The notes under the pieces are model-generated. The model was not told where the DNA came from. It did not search any database and was given only the letters and a program-made list of their open reading frames with translations. DNA of 64,000 bases from positions 7,750,001-7,814,000 of the forward strand of contig CM035359.1 in assembly GCA_020137815.1 (NCBI GenBank), read 5' to 3'. Below are positions 26,112-38,579 of this stretch, in pieces; positions within the stretch are counted from its first letter, which is position 1; each line of letters begins with the position of its first letter. This DNA is from Hormiphora californensis. Its lineage: Eukaryota; Animalia; Ctenophora. A program made the translations under genes and the position numbers.

Positions 26112-26384
26112 GGGCGCGATTATAATCTGGGTGCCTTGCAGCGTGTTTACAGGTGCGCGCTACCAAAAGAGTATACTTAGACCGACTTTTTTCAAACGGC
26201 TATAGCCACGCAACCACATGGCCAATTTGGGTAAACTAAACGGTAACTGATAGAGAATCGATAGCCCTAACCGATAACCCCAAACCAAACCCTAACCAGA
26301 CCCTAACGGATAGCCCTAACCCGTCGCGCGCGCTAAAACTACGAATTGTTAGCAATGAAAGGCACCCAGATTTTAACGTTTTCC
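26112..26384 (+). mobile_element. Telomere-repeat MITE type A (CCCTAA core), about 9-bp TSD
   Basis: Matches 46841-47266; flanks acccagatt / acccagata. Confidence 0.8.
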
Positions 26385-26393
26385 ACCCAGATA

Positions 26394-26806
26394 GGGATCC
26401 CTAAATAAGTTCAGTATTTACACAGCGTTTACACAGTCTTTACACAGTCGTTACACCCAGAGCGGTGCGTGCTGCGTTTTGCGGCTTTTTTCAAGAAAAT
26501 ATTGGATTGTGTGCTGCACAATTGAGTAAATTGAGCGCCGCGGCGAAAAAAGTTTCCGAAAACGCTGCAAATCGAGTGCAAAAGACGCAGTCGTTACACC
26601 CAGAGCGGCGCGGGCGCTCTGGGTGTAAAGTGCGTTTCAAACGACTTGACCTGAGATTCCTGGAAATTCAGGATTTCCCCTTTGTAAATACACGCGCAAT
26701 GCGCCAAATTCCAAGAATTTCGGGTCAAGTCGCTTGAAACGGACTTTAACGACTGTGTAAAGACTGTGTAAACTCTGTGTAAATACTGAACTTTTTTAGG
26801 GATCCC
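26394..26806. mobile_element. Family-1 MITE carrying a nested ~120-bp MITE (about 26628-26746)
   Basis: Same sequence as 7695-7986 plus an insert aagtgcgtttcaaacgacttgacc...ggtcaagtcgcttgaaacggactt at a TA. Confidence 0.88.
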
Positions 26807-26808
26807 TA

Positions 26809-27082
26809 AAGTCGAATTTTTTAATCAAGGGACAGAGGGGGCCGCGCATTCAGAGGGGTCGCGCGGCTTTGTATTTGCGCGTGATAGTCGAGATCAAGTT
26901 CCTGGCAATCTTAAGACTTGAACCCGGAAGCGTTGGAAAGATAATTTTAAGACCTTTTCAACGCAACCAAGATCAAGTCTTTATCTTATCAGGAAGAGGA
27001 GATATGAGCGAAAACATTTAGCACGCGCAAAAAGACTTTGTAAATGCGCGGCCCCCTGTCCCTTGATTAAAAAATTCGACTA
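26809..27082. mobile_element. MITE family 3
   Basis: TIR aagtcgaattttttaatcaagggacag; apparently identical copy at 46339-46612. Confidence 0.88.
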
Positions 27083-27499
27083 TATTCGAGTCTCCCGGGA
27101 TCTTATCTGGAGCAAAGCGCGAGCGGCCGAATTGCGCGGCTCAAAGCTCGGCGCCCAAAATGCATCGTAGTGTGGCAAACTCCGCGCGCTACATAAAATG
27201 TGCTAAAAAGGCTGACTCAGCTGAGTTTGCCACGCCAGGATACACCAGGCCATAGACTTAGTAAGGGCAAGTCTTCCCTTCCAAAGCTATATCTCTTATA
27301 AATAGGGAACCCCTGTTCATGTTATGAATATGAGTGAATTTCACTGTGAAACCCCCGCCCCCCCCCCCCTTTTCGTCGCGCGCTACTTACACTTACAGTT
27401 ACCAGTACTAGTACTACTTTATTCAAAATTAGCTTGATGGCTTACAGTTTTGTCACACACTGACTGTACATCGCGCAACCTACGCGGCCTCACGTAGAC

Positions 27500-28394
<895 letters not shown>

Positions 28395-30350
28395 CCTCAC
28401 TCAGCGAGAGTCATAGGAGCGACGTCCAGTCTGCTTTGCTTTATACAAGTACAACAACATTCAATGGTTCATTTCATGCAGAAGAGAGTTTTATAAGCTC
28501 TATACAAACTCTCTCACACTAGACGTGCATACAAATATGCATATTGCATATAGCTAAACAATTTATGCTAACCATTAACCAATGAGCTGTTAAAGTGAGA
28601 GTGGACACTGGACAGAAACAATGTTCGACAATATTGTTGGATGCAGTTTGAGTTATAGCCTATATTATGGCCTACAACCCTACGGTGAGAGATTGCCCTG
28701 CACTCGAAAAAAATTCGGTCGGCGTACCGAAAAGCTGGACCGTACCGAAAAGCTGGATGGTGAGGCACTGGCTGAGATGTAATGAAGTGAAGACGGAGCT
28801 ACTGTTACTTGGAAAGAATGGAGCACTTGAGAAACTAACTTATGAGCCCTCACTTGTTTTCGGAGACACAGAAATCTTTCCGGTGGACAGGAAAGACCCT
28901 TAGCGTCTAATTCTATCTTGACAGCCAACTCACTATGGAACGGCAGGTTAACAGTGTCAAGAGGCAGCTGTCTGGCGCCGCGACCCATCTGAGCGCACTG
29001 AGAATCAAATGGGGTATGGCGCCGCCATATAGAGAGGCAGTGTGGTATGATTCTGAGGAACCTTTGGCAGGTCAATCGCTGCTTAGACCCCAATCCCCCT
29101 GAGGCCATGGGGCACTTGTTAGTGCAGTGATTTTTGCGTTTTGGTACCCATTTCGACGCCACGGGATCGAGATTGCAATTCAGCGGGAGTACGTGTGGGA
29201 TAACCTGTTGTTACTGTTATTATTTGCTGAGATGCACACACCTAGATCTTTTAGACGTTGTATTCAGTGCATGTCATTGTCATGCTTCCTTCTCCTAGCA
29301 GCTCTCTCAACGCATCAGTGTGTCTGCAATTTATCTTTCTTTTTTCCTCTTTATTACTTCTCATTTTGCGGTTTGCCGATCTTCTACCTGATCTTGACGT
29401 TAGTTAAACAGATCTGAGTGGCGCTCATTAACAATCGTCCCCACATTGGCAAGTACAGGAACATCGCCACAATTTGATTGCTAATTAAAATAATACAAGT
29501 TCTGTTCTCTCTTGCAGTTTGGTGACATAGACACCGTGCGCGACCAAGATTGAGCTCACACACAGGGGTCGCGCCAGGTGTCTATATGTCACCAATCTTG
29601 CAGTTAGGCCATGTATATTTCATATATGAATATTAAATCATTTGCTAGGGGACGTTCGCGTTTCACAATATGATTTGCTCCCAGTCTCTATCATATAGAT
29701 ATTTGCTTCTTTCCCAATCCTGCAACCTTTTACAGCTGCAATATATTATATCATGTCAGTTTTAACCACTGCACCACTTCCTTCATCATCCCTCGTTAGC
29801 TGCATGTTATACACCTCTTTTCGTCATTACAAATATGTACACTCATGTGCACCCCCGATAAATTGGGTTCCTACCCACTCTTCTTTAAATTAAATATATA
29901 TTTATTCACCCTCTTCAAACTGGATTTGGTACGGCATAGTTACTCGGAACAGCTTGGACCGAATGAGATCATTGTGGAGATAGTCATAACATCCTGGCAC
30001 TTGCGGAGATAATCATAACAATCTGAACTGTTAAGAAGAGATAGTCACAACAACCTCTATGTTTAACACGAGGAATCTACGTCAATCCGGATTCTAGGAA
30101 GAGTATTTATACTACGACGAGGACGGAAGAAGGAGCGTTGTCAAGATCGATATCACGAGCGATCACTGAGCTAAAACACCGAAGACTATACATATTCCTG
30201 TCGAATAATTCATTTCGACAGATCTGTTTATTTCCGTGTTCCTTACCCCAGAACCAATCTATCATCGCTCACCCATTCACTAACCAGCGCTACATACACC
30301 CTTAACATAAGTGGAGCCTGACACAAAGCGAACCACTACTCCAAAAAAAT

Positions 30351-31316
30351 ATGACCGAGAAAAAACAACTCCAAGAAAAAATGATCAGTCTGAAGGCTGA
30401 AATGGAAAAATTGGCTGTCAGTATGACAGAACATGGTTTGGAACCAGATCCAGGGTTCACGAAAAATACCGGATCAAAACTCCCCAAATTCAAAAAGGGA
30501 GACAACTTCAACACTTTTTGTGACCGTTTTGAGGATTATGCAAAATACACAAAAACTGTAAAAAATCTTGATACTCTGTTTTTACAGTGTGTAGACAACA
30601 CATCATATCCAACTTTGAGAACCTTGATGGACGGTCTACCCAACACGGTTAAAAGTGACATTTCTCTGTTATGCAGAGAGTTAAAAACGGGTTTCTCTGG
30701 CGGTGAAACACAAACTGTGAAACAACAATTGATGAGTTTAAAGCAGTCATCAACAGACAGCATTACCTCGTTCTGTGCAAACATTGAGGAAAAAGCAAGA
30801 TTGTCTTATGGAAACATGAAGGATGCGGATGACATTGCACTCCTTGTACTACTGAGAGGTCTGAGAAATAGGGATATTAAACAAAAACTGAATGAAGCAT
30901 CACTAACATCCTATGAGGAAGGGATGAGAATGGCACTGAAATTGGAGACTGTAAACAACCTGATAAACGGTGAACCTTCTACTGACGTCCTACAAGCAGG
31001 AGAGGCACGAGAGGATAGTTTCTCGAGAGGTAACCAGGATCGGTGGAGGAGCAGTGAGAGATATCGGGATAACAGCAGGGGAAGGAACGATCGCAGCAGA
31101 CAGAGGAGTCGCACCCCAAGCATGGAACAAGATAGATACCGGGGCTACTACAACCACCGTAACAGGAGCAGCGGCAGATACAACTCACGAAGAGATTCTA
31201 CACCACACCGACGGAAAGTGAACTGGTCGGATAATCAGATCAGGTGCTACAACTGCGGGAAGAGAGGTCACATGGCCAGAAACTGCTACTCGAATAGGCG
31301 GAACCATTTAAACTAG
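30351..31316 (+). CDS. gag: Gypsy Gag
   Basis: 321 aa with an RS-rich region and a CCHC knuckle CYNCGKRGHMARNC. Confidence 0.93.
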   Translation: MTEKKQLQEKMISLKAEMEKLAVSMTEHGLEPDPGFTKNTGSKLPKFKKGDNFNTFCDRFEDYAKYTKTVKNLDTLFLQCVDNTSYPTLRTLMDGLPNTVKSDISLLCRELKTGFSGGETQTVKQQLMSLKQSSTDSITSFCANIEEKARLSYGNMKDADDIALLVLLRGLRNRDIKQKLNEASLTSYEEGMRMALKLETVNNLINGEPSTDVLQAGEAREDSFSRGNQDRWRSSERYRDNSRGRNDRSRQRSRTPSMEQDRYRGYYNHRNRSSGRYNSRRDSTPHRRKVNWSDNQIRCYNCGKRGHMARNCYSNRRNHLN

Positions 31317-31365
31317 ATGCGGGTTGCACCAAGGTTTATTCTGCGGATTCTTGTAAAGGCAACCC
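31307..31365 (+). promoter_or_regulatory. -1 programmed ribosomal frameshift signal
   Basis: Slippery T TTA AAC (31307-31313) directly before the gag stop, 7-nt spacer, then stem GGGTTGC (31321-31327) / GCAACCC (31359-31365); the -1 frame is open into pol. Confidence 0.85.
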
Positions 31366-31381
31366 AAGGAGAGGAAAACAA

Positions 31382-34300
31382 ATGATCGTGACAGGTCACA
31401 TTGAAAATACACCGTTGAACATTTTACTGGACACTGGAGCTGGTGCATCTCTCATCAGTACACGCACTGTCTACCAACTTGGTAAACAAGACAAAATTCA
31501 GCCCACAGAAACAATAATTCGGGGCTTATCTAAAACAAATCTCTTGCCAAAAGGAGAGATCTACTTAAAAATAGCTGTAGCAAAAACGGAAGTACAGCAA
31601 CGTTTTGTTGTCATGGACAACCTGGCAGATGACATTCTAGCTGGGACAGATCTGATGGAGAAACTTGATATGAAAATTGATGTGAAGGAAAACAAAATAT
31701 TCACCCAATACGGGAAAACATTGGCAAGGAGCTATCCTATCGCCCTTCCACAAACTTGCAAAGTCAAGGTAAGGCGAACTGTAACCATTCCTGGAAACAG
31801 CGTCACACACATCTCAGCAATGCTGAACATCCCTAAATCTGAGAAAACATATGAAGGGGTATTGTTTGGAAATCGGAGAATAACAAACTCTCTGGGTGTG
31901 TGCATTGAAAATTCTATGGCGCATAGCAAGGGTAATGAGATACTGGTGCGATGTATCAATCCATTCCCACACGTCATAACACTGCACAGAAATAGGGTCA
32001 TTGGCAACATGATGCCACTGGATCAGTCGTACAGACAAAATGTTTACAAAACATCAGAAGATGTTACTCTTGAAAATATTCCTCGATTACCTGAAGCTGA
32101 ACCTGAAGAGGTGACACGCAATAGGGACAAATGGGAGGATATAGAAAAATTGTTTGATCAGCTTGGCGTTGAATCACTCCAAATTGATGAAGAACACAAA
32201 ACCAAACTAAAAAACATTCTGAAACACTATTCCCATTGTTTTTCAAAACACCAATTTGACCTAGGAACTGCCACCTTTGTTGAGGCATCCTTGAAACTCA
32301 AAGACAGTTATGTAGCAAGGTGGATACCCAGTAGGGAAGTTCCATATGATCTACAAAACGTCATGGAAGAAGAGCTCATGACATTGGTCAAGTCTGGACA
32401 AATTGAAGAGTGCAAAGGACCAGGGATCTGGAACAGTCCGGTCTTTCTGGTGAAAAAGCCAGGAACGAAAAAATACCGAGTTGTGCAAGACCTGAGACAG
32501 CTCAACAAAGAGAGCATCCCCGAAACATTCCCATTACCAAATATAAACACGGTGATGAACAACATGGATGAATGTGAGTGGCTAACCTCATTTGACTTCA
32601 CAAAAGGTTTCAATCAGATAAAACTTGACGAGGAAAGCAAACCACTAACAGCTTTCACTTATAAAAACACTCGCTATCAATGGACGAGGCTCATTATGGG
32701 TCACTGTTCTAGCAGTAGTATATTTGCCAAATCTATGGCAGAATTGTTCCAAAAAGTTCCTTTCCAAGCGCTAATTTGCTTCTTGGATGATGTGCTAATA
32801 GGAAGCAACACTGTTGATACACATCTAGACAGGCTGGAATTCGTTTTAGCAAGACTGTCATTTGGAGGATTGAAAATTAGTCCTTCTAAAACACAATTGT
32901 TCAGAAAACAAGTCAAATTTCTCGGACACATCATGAACAAAAATGGCATTTCTATTGATCCAGCTCGTGTGGATGCAATAAAGAAACTACAATTGCCAAA
33001 GTCTGTGAAAGAACTGCAAAAATTTCTGGGAGCTGTAAATTATAACAGAGCCTATATAAAAGATTACAGCAAAATAGCAACCCCACTATACGACATGCTA
33101 CAGAAGAAACGCAAATTTGAGTGGAATTCTACTTCCACAAAAGCATTTGAAAATTTGAAAAATGCACTTGGAAAAACACCGGTCTTGGTGATTCCAAACT
33201 ACCAGCACCCTGACCAAAATTATGAGTTGACAATTGACTCCAGTAAAATCGGCCATGGGGCCACACTAAACCAAGTATTACATGGGAAAAAGAGGACCAT
33301 AGCCTATTGGTCAAAATCGGTACCTGTGCATCAGAGAAAATTTGGGGCAACTAGACTAGAATTTCTTGGTCTATGTCATGCTCTAAAGCACTTCCGGATG
33401 TACCTGATGGGTACAAAAAGGTTCAAGGTGCTAACTGATTGTAAAGCTCTGCTAAACTTGAAAACCATTTTCAAGAAAGAGAGTAGCTACATTCACAGAA
33501 AAATAGCCGAATTGGAAGAATACAATTTTGACATAATGCACATTGCTGGCGAATCTGTACACATGGGTATGACAGATTATTTGAGCCGACACCCAATACC
33601 CAAAACAAACTGTGTAGGTACACAAACCTTGGAAAATGATACAATGCAGAGATCGGATGACAAACAAAGAAATCTAACTGACCACGTGGTTCAGGTCAAC
33701 AAATCACTTGCAATCGATATACCTGTCACTCTGACAGAGATAAAGCAAGATTATGCTGATGATGTAACATTGTCAACAGTCATTGGTTGGCTAAAGAACA
33801 AGGACACACCAAAACATCTGTCTAGCAGGAAAACACCGGCTGAACTTCTCCACTACTGGAGACAGATAAAAAGGTTACATGTTGAAAATGGTGTACTCAA
33901 AAAGAGGTTTATAGACCCCAACAACAAAGAAAATGACAGAACATTAACTGTTCTACCACACACTCTCGTAGAGAGAACAATGTACGCTTACCATGACAAG
34001 AACGGTCATGCTGGTTTCGAAACATGTCTAAGCAGTTGTCAACAGACATACTACTTTTACAAACAACGGAAAATGTTCCACATGTACTGCGATGCATGCT
34101 TAAAATGTGCCAGGGGAAAACAGCCCCACAGATTCAAAAAAGCACCACTAAAACCAATGACATACACGGAATTTGGACAGTGTGTGGCAATTGATTTTTT
34201 GGAACGCTCCAAAACACCAAATGCAAGAGGGTACACTGCATTATTGGTCATGGTGGACCAATTTTCAAATTATGTGGTAGCAATACCCGTGAAATCCACT

Positions 34301-35932
34301 GGGGCCGAAGAGGCTGCCAGAGTTATTGTGAGGGAATGGATACAACGTCTAGGTGTTATGAAATCCATTAGGCATGATCTGGGATCTGCTTTTACCTCAA
34401 AATTATTCCAAGCTATGTTGAAGATGTTCGACATACAAAGCAAACACGGAGTGGCTTGGCACTCACAAGCAAATGGGTTATGTGAAGCAATGAACAAACG
34501 TATAAACACATGTATACGAACGTGTTTAACACCACAACAACAAATGAATTTTGATCAATGGATCGGATACATAACATTCACCATGAACTGTTTAAAGAGT
34601 TCAAAAACAAAACATACTGCAAATTTTCTAGTATTCTCTAGGGAACTTGCTGCCCCAAGAGATTTGTTTGTTGTCGATAATGAGAGAACAGAAAACGCAG
34701 AAAATGAATTGTGTGACACACGTGAAAAACAAATTTATGAAACATACATGAAGATACAAAAGGTAACTAGAGAGGCGGTCAAATCTATACAAGAAAAAGC
34801 CAAATACATGAAAGCTGCGTATGACAAACACGTGCACGGACCCTTCTTCGAAGAGGGACAATATTGCATGCTGCTCGTAAAACCAGCTCAACATAAATGG
34901 CTACCAAGATTTGAAGGACCGTACCTCATCACAGAAAAGTTATCTGACCACAATTACATTGTAAAAACAGAAACAGAGAAAAAACTAGTCAACATCACAA
35001 AAATGAAGCTGTACAAGAAGAACAAATACTCTGACTCACCCAATGATAAGGTGAATGAATTGAGGAAAGAAAATACCATTCCAAAAAATGTAACTACTAG
35101 GATGCCAGAGTATAATGTGGAAAGTTCTTCCAGCTCATCCAGTTCTGATGACGAGGATTGGGGATTCTACTCATTCCGGAGACCGACTTGCAACACACCC
35201 AGTTCTGTACCGGCGGCTAGCAGCTCAGTTGGGAGCCAAGAAGATGAACAGGATCCTTTCTCTACGGCTCATTCGGGAGCAGAGATTGAGGAACATGCAG
35301 AGGTGACGCAGCCCATAGGCGAGATCAGAGATACTGATCCAGTTAGTGCGTCAACACCAATACCTGCTGAGAGGCGGACTTCTTCCAGGGACAGGAAACC
35401 TATGGAGAGGCTCAATTATAACCGTCTCGGAGGTCCCAAGGAGACAAGGGGACAACCAGATAACGACGATACGATCACAGAAGTGACGACTGATGGATCG
35501 GAGGAAAGTCAGCCAGAGACAATGGCTGATGTAACGACGGAGAGGCTACCAGAGATAGCTAATGAAGCGGAGGAAAGGCAACTGGAGCTAGAGATGATGA
35601 CTGATGAATCGGACGAAAGCGAACCAGAGTTAACGACTAACGAGACGGAGGAAAGTCACACGAAGATGACTACTGACGAAGAAGGGCAACCAGACTTACC
35701 TACAGCTGTTCAACCAACAGATGAAACAGAAGCTGGACCTTCAATCCCAGCACCAGTAAAGATAGAGCCAGAATTCAACGTTCCAGGGAAACCTCTGAAG
35801 AAACCCAGAGGAAAGATGGACTTGGCATATATCGCGGGAGCTTCGAAGCTGTACACACCGGAAGAAAAGGTGATGCTGAGGATGTACAGAGCGGAGAAAG
35901 CGAGGAGAAAGCAGCTAGAGAAGAAGCAGTAA
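31382..35932 (+). CDS. pol: Gypsy Pol (protease, RT, RNase H, integrase, long acidic tail)
   Basis: LLDTGA; WNSPVFLVKK, DLRQLN, FLDD; IDSS..LTDCKAL; H-GH..C..C zinc finger; AIDF / HDLGS / GLCEAMN integrase triad. Confidence 0.96.
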   Translation: MIVTGHIENTPLNILLDTGAGASLISTRTVYQLGKQDKIQPTETIIRGLSKTNLLPKGEIYLKIAVAKTEVQQRFVVMDNLADDILAGTDLMEKLDMKIDVKENKIFTQYGKTLARSYPIALPQTCKVKVRRTVTIPGNSVTHISAMLNIPKSEKTYEGVLFGNRRITNSLGVCIENSMAHSKGNEILVRCINPFPHVITLHRNRVIGNMMPLDQSYRQNVYKTSEDVTLENIPRLPEAEPEEVTRNRDKWEDIEKLFDQLGVESLQIDEEHKTKLKNILKHYSHCFSKHQFDLGTATFVEASLKLKDSYVARWIPSREVPYDLQNVMEEELMTLVKSGQIEECKGPGIWNSPVFLVKKPGTKKYRVVQDLRQLNKESIPETFPLPNINTVMNNMDECEWLTSFDFTKGFNQIKLDEESKPLTAFTYKNTRYQWTRLIMGHCSSSSIFAKSMAELFQKVPFQALICFLDDVLIGSNTVDTHLDRLEFVLARLSFGGLKISPSKTQLFRKQVKFLGHIMNKNGISIDPARVDAIKKLQLPKSVKELQKFLGAVNYNRAYIKDYSKIATPLYDMLQKKRKFEWNSTSTKAFENLKNALGKTPVLVIPNYQHPDQNYELTIDSSKIGHGATLNQVLHGKKRTIAYWSKSVPVHQRKFGATRLEFLGLCHALKHFRMYLMGTKRFKVLTDCKALLNLKTIFKKESSYIHRKIAELEEYNFDIMHIAGESVHMGMTDYLSRHPIPKTNCVGTQTLENDTMQRSDDKQRNLTDHVVQVNKSLAIDIPVTLTEIKQDYADDVTLSTVIGWLKNKDTPKHLSSRKTPAELLHYWRQIKRLHVENGVLKKRFIDPNNKENDRTLTVLPHTLVERTMYAYHDKNGHAGFETCLSSCQQTYYFYKQRKMFHMYCDACLKCARGKQPHRFKKAPLKPMTYTEFGQCVAIDFLERSKTPNARGYTALLVMVDQFSNYVVAIPVKSTGAEEAARVIVREWIQRLGVMKSIRHDLGSAFTSKLFQAMLKMFDIQSKHGVAWHSQANGLCEAMNKRINTCIRTCLTPQQQMNFDQWIGYITFTMNCLKSSKTKHTANFLVFSRELAAPRDLFVVDNERTENAENELCDTREKQIYETYMKIQKVTREAVKSIQEKAKYMKAAYDKHVHGPFFEEGQYCMLLVKPAQHKWLPRFEGPYLITEKLSDHNYIVKTETEKKLVNITKMKLYKKNKYSDSPNDKVNELRKENTIPKNVTTRMPEYNVESSSSSSSSDDEDWGFYSFRRPTCNTPSSVPAASSSVGSQEDEQDPFSTAHSGAEIEEHAEVTQPIGEIRDTDPVSASTPIPAERRTSSRDRKPMERLNYNRLGGPKETRGQPDNDDTITEVTTDGSEESQPETMADVTTERLPEIANEAEERQLELEMMTDESDESEPELTTNETEESHTKMTTDEEGQPDLPTAVQPTDETEAGPSIPAPVKIEPEFNVPGKPLKKPRGKMDLAYIAGASKLYTPEEKVMLRMYRAEKARRKQLEKKQ

Positions 35933-37159
35933 ATCCCCACTACTCCGAGGAACAATGGAACATGTTTTGTGAAGATGCAAGCTAAAAAGATACCTGGACT
36001 AGTAGTTTCTGGAAATATGCTAATGGCCATAAGCACTTTCCTCGTAGAAACAAACGTCAGATTTACGGGTCCAAAAAACTAGCTGTGAAATAAAAAACAT
36101 ACAAACGACTATACTGATGGAGTAAGTCACACTAATCATTATAAATTGCCTAAATGGGATCAAACAGTGCGGGTTGGTCCACTATCATTTAACCATGGGC
36201 TACCGCGACTCACTGCATCAAAGCTGGTGCCAAAAGAGGATTGAAAATTGCAGGGATGAAACATTTTAGTCCCTGTGCCAAGAGAAACCAAAATACCATA
36301 ATTTAATGGTGATAAATCTGTTCGATAGACAAATGTCCAACCAGTCGATTAAAGCGGTGGATTATTTCACGAATAATTTGTCGGTCCACGGGACCGAAAT
36401 TTATTCTTAAAAATTTGGTGTATGGATGTGTTATACACCTCTTTTCGTCATTACAAATATGTACACTCATGTGCACCCCCGATAAATTGGGTTCCTACCC
36501 ACTCTTCTTTAAATTAAATATATATTTATTCACCCTCTTCAAACTGGATTTGGTACGGCATAGTTACTCGGAACAGCTTGGACCGAATGAGATCATTGTG
36601 GAGATAGTCATAACATCCTGGCACTTGCGGAGATAATCATAACAATCTGAACTGTTAAGAAGAGATAGTCACAACAACCTCTATGTTTAACACGAGGAAT
36701 CTACGTCAATCCGGATTCTAGGAAGAGTATTTATACTACGACGAGGACGGAAGAAGGAGCGTTGTCAAGATCGATATCACGAGCGATCACTGAGCTAAAA
36801 CACCGAAGACTATACATATTCCTGTCGAATAATTCATTTCGACAGATCTGTTTATTTCCGTGTTCCTTACCCCAGAACCAATCTATCATCGCTCACCCAT
36901 TCACTAACCAGCGCTACATACACCCTTAACATGCAGTACCCCTACATCACACATGAAGGTTTGTTACATTACACATATAATATTGTTAATATAATGTATA
37001 TTTTCAGTTGATGGTTAATTGTCTGGATAATGGATTTTGAGTTTTGACAAATTTAGCCACAATTTGTATGTATACGTGTAGTACACGGTGTACTGTTCAG
37101 TGTACCCCGACACGACGCGAAGCTTCTTTTATTCAGAAAGATTCAGAAAAAATGATATA

Positions 37160-37642
37160 GGGTGAACCGGGGCAATTCGAACCACCGGGAAAATTCGAAC
37201 CATGTGCTGCCCGTCTCTCACCTAGTTAAGCTATGATAATGACATCATCCTATCTCCAGAAGAAAACTGCTCGTTTGAGCCTGCCCACGTTAGATTTGAA
37301 AAAACTAGCTGAAAGCTGACAATATTAGCTTTCTGATGGTATAAAAGTTGTTTAAATATTCTGGTAAATTAAGATTACCGGGGCAATTCGAACCACCTGG
37401 GCAATTCGAACCGGGGCAATTTGGTTAGTGAACCAGGCCAATGATGTGCAGTTCTTTGTACCACGTGATACCGGGGCAATTAGAACCAGAACGACCAGCG
37501 TGGAGATTGCGTGGAGATTACATGGTTCGAATTGCCCCCACCTCTAACAACACCAGGCGGGAATCTTCTTCTGGTGTTGTGAGGACTTTCACGTGATTCC
37601 CACGTGACGAAATAAAGCACTCCTATTGGTGTGGTCCGAATC
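37160..37642 (-). mobile_element. Inverted, truncated copy of MITE family 2
   Basis: Reverse complement of about 20700-21240. Confidence 0.8.
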
Positions 37643-37813
37643 GGGTGATCTGATCCTCGGCGGAGAGATTTGATCATGGGTCGGGTGAATGGGTGATGTG
37701 ACCTGATGACGGAAATTTTTGGAACCCTCAACATGCATCAGGGGGATCAAGTTTCACCCCTTTGTGCATTATGTAGTAAAATTGTTCTTTAACATGTTTG
37801 TGGTCCATATCAG

Positions 37814-38387
37814 GAAGATGCAGCCTGTAAGGGAGCGCTATCAGACTGTGCAGATACCATGGTGATAGAACTGAAGTATGACATGAAGGAGACGATTATA
37901 CCGTACCCGCAGGTAAAACAGCTAGCTGCCAATAACATATTGAAATATTCTCCCCGGTCTAGTCGGACCCTGAGCCATTAGCTTTTCTTGATTAGGCAGA
38001 TTGTCAACATTGTAGATTCGCAATGATTCTAGCAAACCAATTAATATATATAAGTATTCCAATCCATTCTTTCTGTTAGGTGGAAGATGCATATTTGAGG
38101 CAATCTGAAATGTGTACCTCACCACTTGTTTCAAACATAAGAGATGAAATTATGGCAACACGACGCCGAGTTCAGGCCCTCCAATTGCAAAGGTAACAAT
38201 GGTAAACATCCCCAGTGACGACTAATAACCTAGGAGTAGGACCAAAGGAAACTAGTAAACGATCCAAACAGAATTCCCAGTGCACTGAAGTGACGTAAAA
38301 ATTCAATGGCAAACAGAAAAACAGTATTTTGTAAATATTTTGTAAATAAGTTTCAACATTTTCAGGCGAACATCTACACCAAAATGA
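37814..38387 (+). CDS. Three putative terminal exons of an unidentified gene (37814-37912, 38080-38192, 38366-38387)
   Basis: Phase-compatible AG/GT-bounded open segments EDAACKGALSD...YPQ|VEDAYLRQ...LQ|RRTSTPK*; no recognisable domain and no 5' part found. Confidence 0.4.
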
Positions 38388-38579
38388 ACTGTTCCTCTGA
38401 TTTATGTATACTCCTTATCATTAAGTGACCAGCACAGGAGCAGTAATGCTACATATGATTGTGTATAAAGTTGTTTTATTACCAATTGTTAATATAGGGC
38501 GTGTCTTTAAATATAAACAGAGTGTTTTTCATCAGTTCACAGTCCAAAATAACACCACATATTCCCTCGACTCTTCTCG

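Larger units (their letters stand above)
29805..36931 (+). mobile_element. Full-length Ty3/Gypsy LTR retrotransposon
   Basis: 503-bp LTRs 29805-30307 and 36429-36931 (TGTTA...TAACA, no differences seen by eye); TSD TGCA; TGG-containing PBS-like site after the 5' LTR; intact gag and pol in PR-RT-RH-IN order. Confidence 0.97.

Noticed and set aside
28760-28903. Small ORF containing WLRCNEVKTELLLLG
   Set aside because: Looks like a short decayed LINE RT scrap; too little to annotate as a gene.
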